Shown: positions 1-9,879 of the stretch, piece by piece
How positions within the stretch are numbered: the stretch's first letter is position 1
Layout of the letters: each line of letters starts with the position of its first letter
NCBI GenBank assembly: GCA_965262455.1
Contig: CBDHFH010000003.1
Location: forward strand, 12,406 to 76,405
Source: Gammaproteobacteria bacterium
GTDB taxonomy: Bacteria; Pseudomonadota; Gammaproteobacteria; UBA4575
Direction of reading: 5' to 3'
Length of the DNA: 64,000 bases
Notes under the pieces: generated by a model
Seen by the model: the letters and a program-made list of their open reading frames with translations, nothing else
What the model was told of the DNA's origin: nothing
The model's database searches: none
Position numbers and translations under genes: made by a program

Positions 1-35
1 GTTGCATAGCACCAGCTTTTATCGCGAATTTCAGA

Positions 36-1085
36 ATGAGTTCAAACCGACAACATCAAGACAACCAATCGATTTGTATTGTCCGGCTATCCGCCATTGG
101 TGATGTTACTCATATGTTGCCTATCATACACAGCATTCAAAAATTTCGCCCTTCTGCTCGCATTACATGGGTGATTGGCAAACTTGAATATAAACTGGTT
201 GGTGATTTAGCTAATGTAGAATTCATACAATTCGATAAACAATTAGGCTTACGCGCTTACAAGCAGGTGTTAACACAACTTGAGGGCCGCTCATTTGACA
301 TTTTATTAGCGTGTCAGGTATCCCTAAGAGCCAATATACTCAGTGCATTAATCCCGGCCAAACGCAAAATTGGTTACGATAAACAACGCGCTAAAGATTT
401 ACATAGTCTGATGATAAATGAGCATATCCCTACTGCCGATGTTCATGTGTTGGATTCTTTTTTCCAGTTTATTGAACACATTGGGATTCCACATAAAAAA
501 TTAGACTGGTCTGTACCAATACCTGAAGATGCCCATGAATTCGCTAAAACACATATCCCCAAACATTATCCTATCGTCGCCATTAGTCCATGCTCAAGTC
601 ACCCTCTAAGAAACTGGCATGCAGAAGGTTATGCAGCTGTGGCCAATCATGCGATGAAAAAACATCATGCAAAAATCATTTTATTAGGCGGCCCTAGCAA
701 ACTTGAGAGAGACTATGGAGAAAAAATCTCAGCCTTGTTGGATCAACCTGCAATCAACCTAATTGGCAAAGATACATTAAAAAAGCTGCTGGCAATTTTG
801 CAGCGCTGCACAGTATTATTGACGCCAGACTCGGGCCCAGCGCATATGGCGACATGTGTTAACATCCCGGTGATTGGATTACATGCTGCGAGCAATAGTC
901 ATAGAAGCGGCCCCTATCTGAGCCAAAATTGGTGTGTAGACAAATATGATAGTGCAGCTTTACGCTACTTAGGCAAACCTGCCGATCAAATTCGTTGGGG
1001 GACAAAAATAGAAAAACCCGGTGTAATGCAATTAATTCAAGCTGAAGACGTCATAATCAAGTTAGATCATTTACTCAAACAATAG
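36..1085 (+). CDS. ADP-heptose:LPS heptosyltransferase (glycosyltransferase family 9)
   Basis: 349 aa. GT9-like N-terminus (ICIVRLSAIGDVTHMLP) and C-terminal TPDSGPAHMA nucleotide-sugar motif. Sits in a locus with waaF, hldE and Kdo-kinase-like genes. Confidence 0.7.
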   Translation: MSSNRQHQDNQSICIVRLSAIGDVTHMLPIIHSIQKFRPSARITWVIGKLEYKLVGDLANVEFIQFDKQLGLRAYKQVLTQLEGRSFDILLACQVSLRANILSALIPAKRKIGYDKQRAKDLHSLMINEHIPTADVHVLDSFFQFIEHIGIPHKKLDWSVPIPEDAHEFAKTHIPKHYPIVAISPCSSHPLRNWHAEGYAAVANHAMKKHHAKIILLGGPSKLERDYGEKISALLDQPAINLIGKDTLKKLLAILQRCTVLLTPDSGPAHMATCVNIPVIGLHAASNSHRSGPYLSQNWCVDKYDSAALRYLGKPADQIRWGTKIEKPGVMQLIQAEDVIIKLDHLLKQ

Positions 1086-1095
1086 GTACCTACAA

Positions 1096-1482
1096 TTGCA
1101 ACTACTTGCTCCCATCTCGGTTGGTGAACTGATCGATAAAATTACTATTTTAAAAATCAAACAAAGCAAGGCCACCAACACGGAAAAACTCAAGAATATT
1201 GAGCATGAACTGGAACAATTAACCAGCACATGGAATCAGGCTAAAGCGCCCGGGTTGGATATTAGCGATCTGTTCAACCAGCTCACCGAGGTTAATCAGA
1301 CATTGTGGGATATCGAAGATGATATTCGTGCGAAAGAAGCCGCACAGATATTTGATGATGAATTCATTCAGCTAGCACGTTCCGTTTACATACAAAATGA
1401 TTTGCGCGCAGAACTTAAAAAACAAATCAACTTGCACTCAGGGTCAACCTTAGTTGAAGAAAAACTGTATCAAGAGTACTAG
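1096..1482 (+). CDS. hypothetical small helical protein (128 aa)
   Basis: ORF 10 nt downstream of the heptosyltransferase gene. No Cys, no signal peptide. Coding-like composition but no recognisable family. Confidence 0.45.
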   Translation: MQLLAPISVGELIDKITILKIKQSKATNTEKLKNIEHELEQLTSTWNQAKAPGLDISDLFNQLTEVNQTLWDIEDDIRAKEAAQIFDDEFIQLARSVYIQNDLRAELKKQINLHSGSTLVEEKLYQEY

Positions 1483-1628
1483 TGTTAGACGGCTAGCTTA
1501 ATATGTTTGCTGTTCGACTCTAAACTAAAGCAGATCTAAAAAATTAGCGCTTCATGATACTAGGATGCATGTGCATTTATAAGCATGTGTAGTCGTTAAA
1601 ATACATCTTATCAGCATCGATTAATGTT

Positions 1629-2336
1629 TCACGTCACTTGTTTTAGACGCTTATAAAAAGAGGCAATATACATAAACAAAAACATCGCTAATAAACACTC
1701 TTTGGTTTCTCCCGCTCTAATATCCAGTATATGCGGCACTGTCGTGTCAAATAATTTATATGCTTTCTCATGCAGGCTTACTAACACAGCTAATAAACAA
1801 GTGGGTATGTTGACGTATGTTGGCCATAACCAGGTATAAAATGAATCTGCTGATAACTGATTATTGCGTAATAAAAAATAGCACGGCACAAGTACGCCAC
1901 CCACGACAGCAGCAATCGTTAACAGCATCCGTGGCACCTGGTCCAACAGTGCGCTGGTATTATGCAAGTTTGTTTCGCCTTGATCGTTGACATCCATCCA
2001 ACCTTCGGGGGTTGCCCATCCAAACCAGTGTTGACCCCAGCTGATTTCCTCCCCCGCGTAATAAATACAGCCCACTACAAGTAACGTTAGCCATAACTTG
2101 AAAAACGGGAACTGAAACGATTTCATGTTCGTGATAGATAAAATGCCTAAAACAATCGCGATGGCTAATACTACAAATGTATAGTTCTCAATTATGCCTA
2201 ACTCACCATAGACGTATTGATCAGAATCAATGCTTATAATTCGCATCACATAGGGAAATAACGCCACCAACAAGGGTAGCCATAACCATAGCCACTTAGG
2301 CAAATCCAACAGAGGTTGATGTTGCATCATATGCAT
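1629..2336 (-). CDS. integral membrane protein, unknown function
   Basis: 235 aa with several hydrophobic segments (LWLWLPLLVALFPYV, FVVLAIAIVLGIL). Overlaps the downstream kinase-like ORF by about 10 nt, consistent with an operon. Confidence 0.5.
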   Translation of the reverse strand: MHMMQHQPLLDLPKWLWLWLPLLVALFPYVMRIISIDSDQYVYGELGIIENYTFVVLAIAIVLGILSITNMKSFQFPFFKLWLTLLVVGCIYYAGEEISWGQHWFGWATPEGWMDVNDQGETNLHNTSALLDQVPRMLLTIAAVVGGVLVPCYFLLRNNQLSADSFYTWLWPTYVNIPTCLLAVLVSLHEKAYKLFDTTVPHILDIRAGETKECLLAMFLFMYIASFYKRLKQVT

Positions 2337-2998
2337 TTACTCGCTTGTTTTGATAAATATTCCCAGTGTCTAAGACTGCGGTAGTCACGATGATTTTTAC
2401 TTCTTAAGCCTAACTTAAAGCCAATTGCCATAAAAGGATTGGGTGGACATAGATGCTGAGGCATTAAATTAAAGTCATATAATTTTGGCACCCAAACCCC
2501 CTTGGTGTCTTTGACTAAACGAATATTACCAGGGGGTATGTCCAAGTCATACAATCCCACCTTAGCCGCATGCTTAACAATATCATAACCGGCACGCAAT
2601 ACTTCCTTAGGTAATCCGCGACATTGTTGCATTAAATCTTCCAGCCAAATGCCTTCAATATATTCCTGCACAAACGCCAACACATAACCCTGTTCCGGTT
2701 TAATTAGTTGATATGGCTTAGCGACATATTGTTTCAACATATCAGTTTGATAGGCAAGCATATTCCGAGAAAATTCAAACTCTCCTATATTGACTTTATA
2801 TTGTGATTGATATTTTTCAATATACGCTTGCTTATAGACTTTAACTACAACTTGCTGCTCAAGATAATCTGCAAGAAACACTTGCGAGCGCCTTCCCTCA
2901 CCTAATGAATTTTTTATATTAATCTCTTTCGGCAGTGGTAATTGGGCCATGTTAGAATAGCTACTTAAGCGCTTGGAATGGCGCGCAAGTATATACAA
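2327..2998 (-). CDS. LPS kinase (Kdo/WaaP/RIO-like) family protein
   Basis: Gly-rich loop GEGRRSQVF, VVVKVYK lysine motif, DLDIPPGNIRL catalytic-loop-like segment and DFN motif. The true start may be the internal Met at about 2950. Confidence 0.5.
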   Translation of the reverse strand: MYILARHSKRLSSYSNMAQLPLPKEINIKNSLGEGRRSQVFLADYLEQQVVVKVYKQAYIEKYQSQYKVNIGEFEFSRNMLAYQTDMLKQYVAKPYQLIKPEQGYVLAFVQEYIEGIWLEDLMQQCRGLPKEVLRAGYDIVKHAAKVGLYDLDIPPGNIRLVKDTKGVWVPKLYDFNLMPQHLCPPNPFMAIGFKLGLRSKNHRDYRSLRHWEYLSKQASKCI

Positions 2999-3026
2999 TT
3001 ATCACCCATCTAAGTTATTTTTCTTT

Positions 3027-3968
3027 ATGTCTTATAATGTCGGAATCATAGGCGCTGCTAGAAGACATCAAGGCACTGGGCCGTATATTGCGAGAAAATT
3101 CGCCCAGCTTGGACATAACATCGTAGGTATAGTGGGTACAAGCGAACAATCCACGCAACAAGCTGCGCAACATCTGCTTGAAAATTACGCCATAAAGACA
3201 GATGCCCACAGCAGCTTTGATCAGTTATGCCAGCAACAATCACTGGATATATTAGTCATTGCTTCACCGCCAAATACTCACTTAAGCTATTTAGAACAAG
3301 CGCTTGAATATGGCTGTCATATTTTTTGCGAAAAACCACTCTGGTGGCCTAGCAATCAAATAAGCAAAGAAAATTATTTATTAAAAATACAGCACATAAT
3401 TGATCGTGCCCGAGAACAACACTGTCTGGTGCATTTAAATACTCAATGGCCTTATACTTTAAAGGATTTTAACCAGCTATACCCAACAGCTATTAGCAAT
3501 AATCAGATTCATCAATTTGCCATGTGGCTCAGCCCCCAAAGTAGTGGTTCAAACATGCTAATTGATGCTGCCTCACATGGACTGAGTATGCTTTATCAAT
3601 TAGTCGGCAGTGGAGAATTAGACGATATCCAGGTCACTTCTAATGACAACAGTACTCGAATAAATTTTAGTTATAGGCATCAAGCTGGGCTGACAAACTG
3701 CGAATTGCTTTTTATACAATCCAATGAAACTCCCAAGCCCGCCAGCTATCAAATAAACGGCTGCTCAGTTAAACGTATTGTTGCGTTACCCGAGTACCAA
3801 ATTCAGTTACAATCCGAGCAACAGATAACTACGATACATGATCCACTGGACGCATCCATTGAAGACTTTTTGGCGTCTATCGATGCCAGCATAGAAATTG
3901 ATGACATTGCATTAAGTCTCGGTGCCAGGCATCTGTATAAATTGATCGAATATTTTAACAAGAGCTAA
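3027..3968 (+). CDS. Gfo/Idh/MocA family NAD(P)-dependent oxidoreductase
   Basis: Rossmann N-terminus MSYNVGIIGAARRHQG with EKPL motif. Start trimmed to the ATG at 3027; the ORF track begins at 2973. Confidence 0.7.
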   Translation: MSYNVGIIGAARRHQGTGPYIARKFAQLGHNIVGIVGTSEQSTQQAAQHLLENYAIKTDAHSSFDQLCQQQSLDILVIASPPNTHLSYLEQALEYGCHIFCEKPLWWPSNQISKENYLLKIQHIIDRAREQHCLVHLNTQWPYTLKDFNQLYPTAISNNQIHQFAMWLSPQSSGSNMLIDAASHGLSMLYQLVGSGELDDIQVTSNDNSTRINFSYRHQAGLTNCELLFIQSNETPKPASYQINGCSVKRIVALPEYQIQLQSEQQITTIHDPLDASIEDFLASIDASIEIDDIALSLGARHLYKLIEYFNKS

Positions 3969-3970
3969 CC

Positions 3971-5365
3971 ATGGAAAAAATTCACTCAGCTGATGGCGAA
4001 GTGCTAATGGAGATTTCTCCATTAATAGACTTCCGCAAGAAAAATAACATTAAGTCTAGTTTGTCTGTTATTGAGGCTCCCTTGCATGCGAAAAACAATC
4101 AAGATGCACACAAAGATAAGCAGGTCGAGTTATCGCCTATTCATGATTTTTCTGCCAAATTGCGTCAACCCTCTATTATAAATACTTTAAAAGAATATGT
4201 GTTATGGCAAGCCAAGTGGCGCAATGCCTATTCTGCAGGGCAATCAATTGATGAAATACTGGAACAAGTACCCAATCATGCTCCGCTGTCTATCAATTTA
4301 GATGTCACTACCGCATGTAATTATCGTTGCGATCACTGCGTTGATATGGATATTTTGAACACTGGCATTCGTTATGATCATGAGCAGTTAAAAGATTCAC
4401 TGACGACACTAATCAATAGAGGTTTACGTTCCGTGATTATTATCGGTGGCGGCGAGCCCACCGTGTATCCGGGTTTTGCTGACATCGTTCGACACCTGAA
4501 AGCACACGATATACAAATAGGTGTGGTCACGAATGGCAGTCGTATGGATCGAGTTGCTGAGGTTGCAGATGTGCTTACCAAAGGCGACTGGGTGAGGTTA
4601 TCGTTAGACTCAGGCGATAACGAGACCTTCCGAGCTATGCATAAGCCTGTCAGCAAAAAAGTCACGCTAGACTGGATTTGCTCACATATACCTGACATTA
4701 AAAAAATAAATGCAGATTTTCAAATTGGTTATAGTTTTATTGTCGTATGGAAAGACTGCGAAGCTAACGACACTGAAATTATTGATAACACTGACGAAAT
4801 TGTTGAAGCGGCTGAACGTGCTAAACAATATCAATTTGATTATATCTCCTATAAACCTTTCCTAACACGCGCAGAAGAAAATAACGCTGAAGTTGTCAAC
4901 CTCACTCAGGAAGAAAATTCGATTGATAGCATATTGAAGAAGATACGCACCGCAATCGATGCAACAAAATCGCTAGCAAGTGATGACTTTGCTGTCATTG
5001 AGAGTACAAATCTTCGCGTGTTAGAAAATGGCAGTTATAAAGACTTTATTGACCAGCCTAGCACTTGTCATATGCAGTATTTCCGCCAGGTGCTCAGCCC
5101 ATTAGGTGTATTCAACTGTCCGGTTTACCGCCATGTCCCGCAAGCATTACTTGGTGGCAAACATGAATACCAAAACGAAGACAGCTTCAAAGAAACACAA
5201 AAAAATACTTTAAGACTTATAGAAGCGTTTGATGCTAATTACGAATGCCGTAATGTCACATGCTTATATAATCATGCCAATTGGTTGATTGAAGACTTAA
5301 TTCGTCATCCAGAAAAACTGGACTCGCTGACACCCTCTGAAGAACGCCACGATTACTTTCTCTAA
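3971..5365 (+). CDS. radical SAM domain protein
   Basis: CNYRCDHC (CxxxCxxC) motif near residue 115, GGGEPTVYPGF SAM-binding motif, VTNGS. C-terminal extra Cys cluster (C..NCPVY..YECRNVTC). 464 aa. Confidence 0.75.
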   Translation: MEKIHSADGEVLMEISPLIDFRKKNNIKSSLSVIEAPLHAKNNQDAHKDKQVELSPIHDFSAKLRQPSIINTLKEYVLWQAKWRNAYSAGQSIDEILEQVPNHAPLSINLDVTTACNYRCDHCVDMDILNTGIRYDHEQLKDSLTTLINRGLRSVIIIGGGEPTVYPGFADIVRHLKAHDIQIGVVTNGSRMDRVAEVADVLTKGDWVRLSLDSGDNETFRAMHKPVSKKVTLDWICSHIPDIKKINADFQIGYSFIVVWKDCEANDTEIIDNTDEIVEAAERAKQYQFDYISYKPFLTRAEENNAEVVNLTQEENSIDSILKKIRTAIDATKSLASDDFAVIESTNLRVLENGSYKDFIDQPSTCHMQYFRQVLSPLGVFNCPVYRHVPQALLGGKHEYQNEDSFKETQKNTLRLIEAFDANYECRNVTCLYNHANWLIEDLIRHPEKLDSLTPSEERHDYFL

Positions 5366-5421
5366 TCAATGCGACTTATATTCATCAATTATGTAGTAAT
5401 CGTAGCGATTTAACTTAGCAG

Positions 5422-7299
5422 TTAAAATTCTTCCCAATCATCATCAACAACATCGCTGCCGGCAGCCATCTGCACTTCAGCAGGATTTGCTTGCTCAGCA
5501 CGATTGTTAGACCAAGGGCGATCGCTTGAACGGCGCTCTACACCTTTATTAGCAGGTGCAGCTTGGGACATTTCCATATGAGCTTTCATCTTAAAGAAAC
5601 TCACAATGCGATTTAGCTCACTACTTTGCTCTGACATAGATTCGGCGGCGGCCGCGGCTTCTTCTACCATTGCGGTATTCTGCTGGGTGGCTGTATCCAT
5701 TTCAATAATGGCTTTATTGACCTGCTCGATGCCTTGGGCTTGCTCCTGAGTTGCTGATGAAATATCACCGACAATTTCAGCCACTTGACGCACACTCTGC
5801 ATAATTTCTTCCAACGTTTCGCCAGATTGATTGACTAATTGGCTGCCATCAGTGACTTTTTGCACACTGTCTTCAATCAGCTCTTTAATTTCTTTAGCGG
5901 CTGTTGCACTTCGTCCAGCAAGATTACGCACCTCAGTAGCGACGACTGCAAATCCACGTCCCTGCTCCCCAGCGCGTGCCGCTTCAACTGCTGCGTTTAA
6001 TGCTAGCAAGTTAGTTTGGAAAGCTATTTCATCTATCACACCTATGATATCTGAGATCTTATTACTCGATTGGTTAATCTCATGCATTGCCGAGATTGCT
6101 TTGTTTACCACATCTCCGCCAGTAGATGCCTGGTCACGTGCATCAATCGCAAGTTGATTGGCCTCTTTAGCATTATCAGCATTTTGTTTTACGGTGCTGG
6201 TCATTTGCTCCATGCTGGCTGAGGTCTCTTCTAGGCTTGCGGCCTGAGATTCAGTACGACGACTTAAATCTAAATTACCCCGTGATATCTCTTCAGCACC
6301 TGCATTGACAAGTTGGCTGGATTCTCTAATTTGTAAAACAATATCACTAATTTTTTCACAATAACTATTGACGACATTCTTAAGCTTATCAAATTGCCCT
6401 ACATAATTACCATCGACACGCTGATCAGTGTTACCTTCAGCTAAGCTCAACATAACAGAGCTGACTTCTTTTAAGATTGACTCAACAGAAATCTGCATTT
6501 GTTTTTGTTGCGTTATATCGCTGGCAAATTTGATGACCTTGTATGGGTTACCATCAAGATCCAATACTGGGTTATAGGACGCTTGAATCCAAATTTCATT
6601 ACCTCCTTTGGCGACCCGCATAAATTCACCGGCCTGATATTCGCCAGCATTCAAACTTGCCCAGAACTCTCTGTACTCATTACTATTTGCAGTTTCTTGA
6701 TCTACAAACATTCTGTGATGCTTGCCTTTAATTTCATTTAACTGATAACCCATGGCACCGAGAAAGTTATCATTCGCGGTTATTATTGTGCCATCCAAGT
6801 TAAACTCAATAACTGCTTGCGATCTGTAAATTGCATCAATTTTGGAAGAGTTGTTTAAGTTTTCAAATTTTCTTTGTGTCACATCAGTGGCGTATTTAAC
6901 CACCTTGTAAGGTTGACCATTCTCATCAAAAATAGGGTTGTAGCTCGCTTGAATCCAAATTTCGTTACCACTTTTAGTAATGCGTTTAAATTGCTTCGAA
7001 GAAAATTCACCAAGATTAAGGGAAGCCCAAAATTCTTTATACTCATTGCTATTTGCAGTGTCTCTGTCTACAAACATTGAGTGATGTTGTCCTTGAATTT
7101 CATCTAAGCGGTAGCCCATGGCACTCAGAAAATTTTCATTCGCATTAATAATAGTGCCATCCATATTGAATTCTATGACTGCTTGTGACCGCCCGATAGC
7201 TTCAACTTGGCCTTTGTAATCAATCAATTCTCGTTTCAATTGATCAATTTCACTTTTATGACTTGTTCTCATTAATGCGTTCATCATAGCGCCCATCAT
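5422..7299 (-). CDS. soluble methyl-accepting chemotaxis protein with two tandem PAS domains
   Basis: 625 aa, no TM segment. Two roughly 75% identical PAS units. C-terminal MCP signalling domain ([24 protein letters not shown]). Ends in DWEEF, a CheR-tethering-like pentapeptide. Confidence 0.85.
   Translation of the reverse strand: MMGAMMNALMRTSHKSEIDQLKRELIDYKGQVEAIGRSQAVIEFNMDGTIINANENFLSAMGYRLDEIQGQHHSMFVDRDTANSNEYKEFWASLNLGEFSSKQFKRITKSGNEIWIQASYNPIFDENGQPYKVVKYATDVTQRKFENLNNSSKIDAIYRSQAVIEFNLDGTIITANDNFLGAMGYQLNEIKGKHHRMFVDQETANSNEYREFWASLNAGEYQAGEFMRVAKGGNEIWIQASYNPVLDLDGNPYKVIKFASDITQQKQMQISVESILKEVSSVMLSLAEGNTDQRVDGNYVGQFDKLKNVVNSYCEKISDIVLQIRESSQLVNAGAEEISRGNLDLSRRTESQAASLEETSASMEQMTSTVKQNADNAKEANQLAIDARDQASTGGDVVNKAISAMHEINQSSNKISDIIGVIDEIAFQTNLLALNAAVEAARAGEQGRGFAVVATEVRNLAGRSATAAKEIKELIEDSVQKVTDGSQLVNQSGETLEEIMQSVRQVAEIVGDISSATQEQAQGIEQVNKAIIEMDTATQQNTAMVEEAAAAAESMSEQSSELNRIVSFFKMKAHMEMSQAAPANKGVERRSSDRPWSNNRAEQANPAEVQMAAGSDVVDDDWEEF
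6490..7215 (-). repeat. tandem duplication (about 375-bp unit) encoding the two PAS domains of the MCP
   Basis: Protein units [30 protein letters not shown]... and [30 protein letters not shown]... are near-identical. Mirrored plus-strand shadow ORFs at 6499..6741 and 6874..7080 are also similar to each other. Confidence 0.7.
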
Positions 7300-7549
7300 C
7301 CCTTGTATTTTATTCGTAAAAATCTGTTTATTTAATTATGAATGGGTGTTTCTCAAGCTCAGCCCGCACTCAGATTCACTATTATTCATGCCTTTTAAGC
7401 GGCTTAAAAGAATGCTTCTTTAGCTAAATTTATCGGGGAATACTACCGTCTATGCAGTATTTTGTTACGTCTAAATATTGTTCAATCGATAAGTTGAATT
7501 TCTAATCGAATCGTCAGAGTTTTTCTTAATAATAATTCTTAAAGTATAT

Positions 7550-8528
7550 TTACACTCTATCAATCACTGCCTTAAATACTTGCTCTGGTAGTATATCTTT
7601 AAGACAACGATAGTGATTATAACGACACGTACGCTGCCAACATGGACTGCATTCCAATTTCATATAAAACGTTTTCGCCTGCGCATGTAATGGCGGCGTA
7701 TACACTGGCGTAGTCGCTCCATACATGGCAACCACAGGCACATCCACAGCAGCAGCAATATGCATCAGTCCCGAATCATTACTCACTGCAACACTACAAC
7801 TTGCCAATATATCAATGACATCCAGCAAACTGGTCTTACCGCATAAATTCATCACCGGTTGGCGGCATAACTTCTGTATCTGATCTCCTATTGCGGCATC
7901 TTTTTGTGAGCCGAGAATACAAACTTCCAGACCTTGTTCAACCAGCTTATCTATTAACTTAACAAAGTGCTCAATTGGCCATTGTTTGGAAGGTCCGAAT
8001 TCCGCGCCAACCATACAAGCAATCAGTGGGGCCTGCTGTGGAATGTTATGGTAAGCAATTAACTTGCGTTGATTTTGACTGTCAATTATCAGTTCGGGCG
8101 CGTATGTTTTTTTTTACCTCGGTGATATCTACTTCGATACCTGCATGACGCAAATAATTACACACCGTTGGGATGCTTTTACTTTTGTTAGAACTCAGCA
8201 CATGATTAATTAATCCATGTCGGAACTCTCCCAGTTCACCCACTCGTCGGGGGATGCCAGCCAGCACTGGCACCAGCGCTGATTTATATGACCTAGGCAG
8301 CACCAGTGCTTGAGTAAATGATTCAGCACGTAATGTTACCCCCAGTCGATAACGTTTACTCAAGCCAAACTCCCCATGAGCAACTTCTAACGCATGCACT
8401 TTAGTGATCTCAGGCATACGTTCGAGTAAAGCGCGAGACCATGCAGGCGCTACCACATGTATTTGGGCTGAGTTAGAATGAGCGGCAAGCGCTTTATATA
8501 GTGCTTGCGCCATAACCATATCACCCAC
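7550..8528 (-). pseudogene. waaF: ADP-heptose:LPS heptosyltransferase II (WaaF/RfaF), split by a -1/+2 frameshift inside an A9 tract
   Basis: The N-terminal ORF (8082..8528) ends ITEVKKNIRARTDN*. The C-terminal ORF frame, read back across the tract, gives KKTYAPELIIDSQNQRKLIAYHNIPQQAPLIACMVGAEFGPSKQWP, matching the conserved WaaF segment before the GAEFGPxKxWP motif. Confidence 0.7.
8107..8115 (-). repeat. homopolymeric tract (T9 on plus, A9 in the coding strand) at the waaF frameshift point
   Basis: Read directly: cgtatg-ttttttttt-acctc. A8 or A11 would restore one full-length WaaF ORF. Confidence 0.9.
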
Positions 8529-8588
8529 CCATGCTGGACCGATTACTAAACTTTTATTATTAATATATCACTCCAGATAAAAATTATT

Positions 8589-9479
8589 GTGTTTATACCT
8601 AGCCATCTTCAGCAATCAGCTAAACCCTATGCATTAGGCAAGTACGTGATTCACCCTGCGCATACAAACAACGCCAAACTGGAACAGTGGATTAATGATA
8701 TCCAGTTTGAATATTGTGAAACTCCAGCAAATCGCATGCAATTACATAGCCGCAAAAGAAATAATTTATATTCATTTCATCTTGATGCAATAGATAAACC
8801 TGTGGTACTCAAAGTCTCGCAAATTTCCGCACATTATCGCTGGTACCGAAAGTTAAATTTAATGCTGGTTGGTTTATTTAAAAATTATAGCTTAAATGCC
8901 TATTATGGTGGCATCGCATTAGAAAAAATAAATATAGATAGTATAAAAGTGATTGCACATTGGACATGTAAACACCTGGCTGAAAGTGAAAAATCTTATT
9001 TGCTGTATGAAAAGGTACCGGCTTCTATGTCAGTGTTCGATTTATGCCATGAATTAACTGAGAAAAATCCTAATGCTAAAGAGATCATTCGTCGTATTGC
9101 ATTATCACTTGCGAATATCATTAAAACATTACACCAACATAATATCCGCCATGGTGACCCTCATGCAGGTAATTTTCTGCTCCGCTCATCTGTTACTGAG
9201 CTAGGTCAACTCACACCCGAGGCAGTGACTGATATGAAGTTTACATTAATCGATTTAGATAAAGTGCACTACGCTGACAAAGAAAAGCCCTGGCGCAAGA
9301 AAATTTATGATATTCGCTGCATACGACGATTTTATGTGCATGACTTAAATAGCCAGCAATGCTTACACTACTATTTAGGCAGAAAACCTAAATTAAGCGA
9401 AAAGTTGATTTTATGGTTTTGGCTTAAAGGCGGGTTTAATATCTACAAATGGCTTAAGAGCAGTAAAAAAAGAAATTAA
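8589..9479 (+). CDS. lipopolysaccharide kinase (Kdo kinase/InaA/WaaP family)
   Basis: HGDPHAGNFLL and IDLDKV motifs typical of the Kdo/WaaP kinase family. 296 aa. Divergent from waaF. Confidence 0.6.
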   Translation: MFIPSHLQQSAKPYALGKYVIHPAHTNNAKLEQWINDIQFEYCETPANRMQLHSRKRNNLYSFHLDAIDKPVVLKVSQISAHYRWYRKLNLMLVGLFKNYSLNAYYGGIALEKINIDSIKVIAHWTCKHLAESEKSYLLYEKVPASMSVFDLCHELTEKNPNAKEIIRRIALSLANIIKTLHQHNIRHGDPHAGNFLLRSSVTELGQLTPEAVTDMKFTLIDLDKVHYADKEKPWRKKIYDIRCIRRFYVHDLNSQQCLHYYLGRKPKLSEKLILWFWLKGGFNIYKWLKSSKKRN

Positions 9480-9506
9480 CAGTTGCTCGCAGCAGTAGGA
9501 TTAGTA

Positions 9507-9722
9507 TTACTTTTCAGCATAGCCGAAACTATTCAGCCATGATTTATCTGTCTTTCTTCTACCGCTGGATTTTCTTCGTGCAGAGTCGGGATTTTTAGCT
9601 CGCACAGACTCTAGGGTGCACATATTATCCTTCAGGAAATAGGTGCATATAGGCTCGCTTATTTTTTTAGCTTGCTCATAATCCTCAGCAAGCAAGTTGA
9701 ATGTGACTATAAATTCTTTCAT
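9507..9722 (-). CDS. small hypothetical protein (71 aa), doubtful
   Basis: ORF only, with a basic C-terminus (RRKSSGRRKTDK). Lies between the hldE terminator and the convergent kinase gene. May be spurious. Confidence 0.25.
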   Translation of the reverse strand: MKEFIVTFNLLAEDYEQAKKISEPICTYFLKDNMCTLESVRAKNPDSARRKSSGRRKTDKSWLNSFGYAEK

Positions 9723-9828
9723 CGACTAAAAAAGTGAATTCTCTCCATCTGACGGCAATATAACCCATCTGCGCATCAGATAATCGTACGTCTTTCACAT
9801 TACGACCGACAAACGCGTCTGATCTGAG

Positions 9829-9858
9829 CTAAAAACGTGGCTCACTTGTGAGCCATGC
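9829..9858 (-). terminator. rho-independent terminator downstream of hldE
   Basis: Hairpin cgtggctcac-ttg-gtgagccatg (9-10 bp stem). On the minus strand it is followed by TTTTTAG. Confidence 0.55.
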
Positions 9859-9879
9859 GCCGCCAGCCAAGACATTAGT

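Noticed and set aside
5831-6157. Plus-strand ORFs (5831..6157, 6499..6741, 6874..7080) inside the MCP gene
   Set aside because: They are antisense shadow ORFs of a well-supported minus-strand gene. The similarity between 6499..6741 and 6874..7080 simply mirrors the PAS duplication.
7389-7411. AT-rich hairpin CTTTTAAGC-g-GCTTAAAAG between waaF and the MCP gene as a terminator
   Set aside because: The stem is A/T-only and no U-tract follows on the transcribed strand. It is too weak to call. It could equally be an operator, so it is left unannotated.
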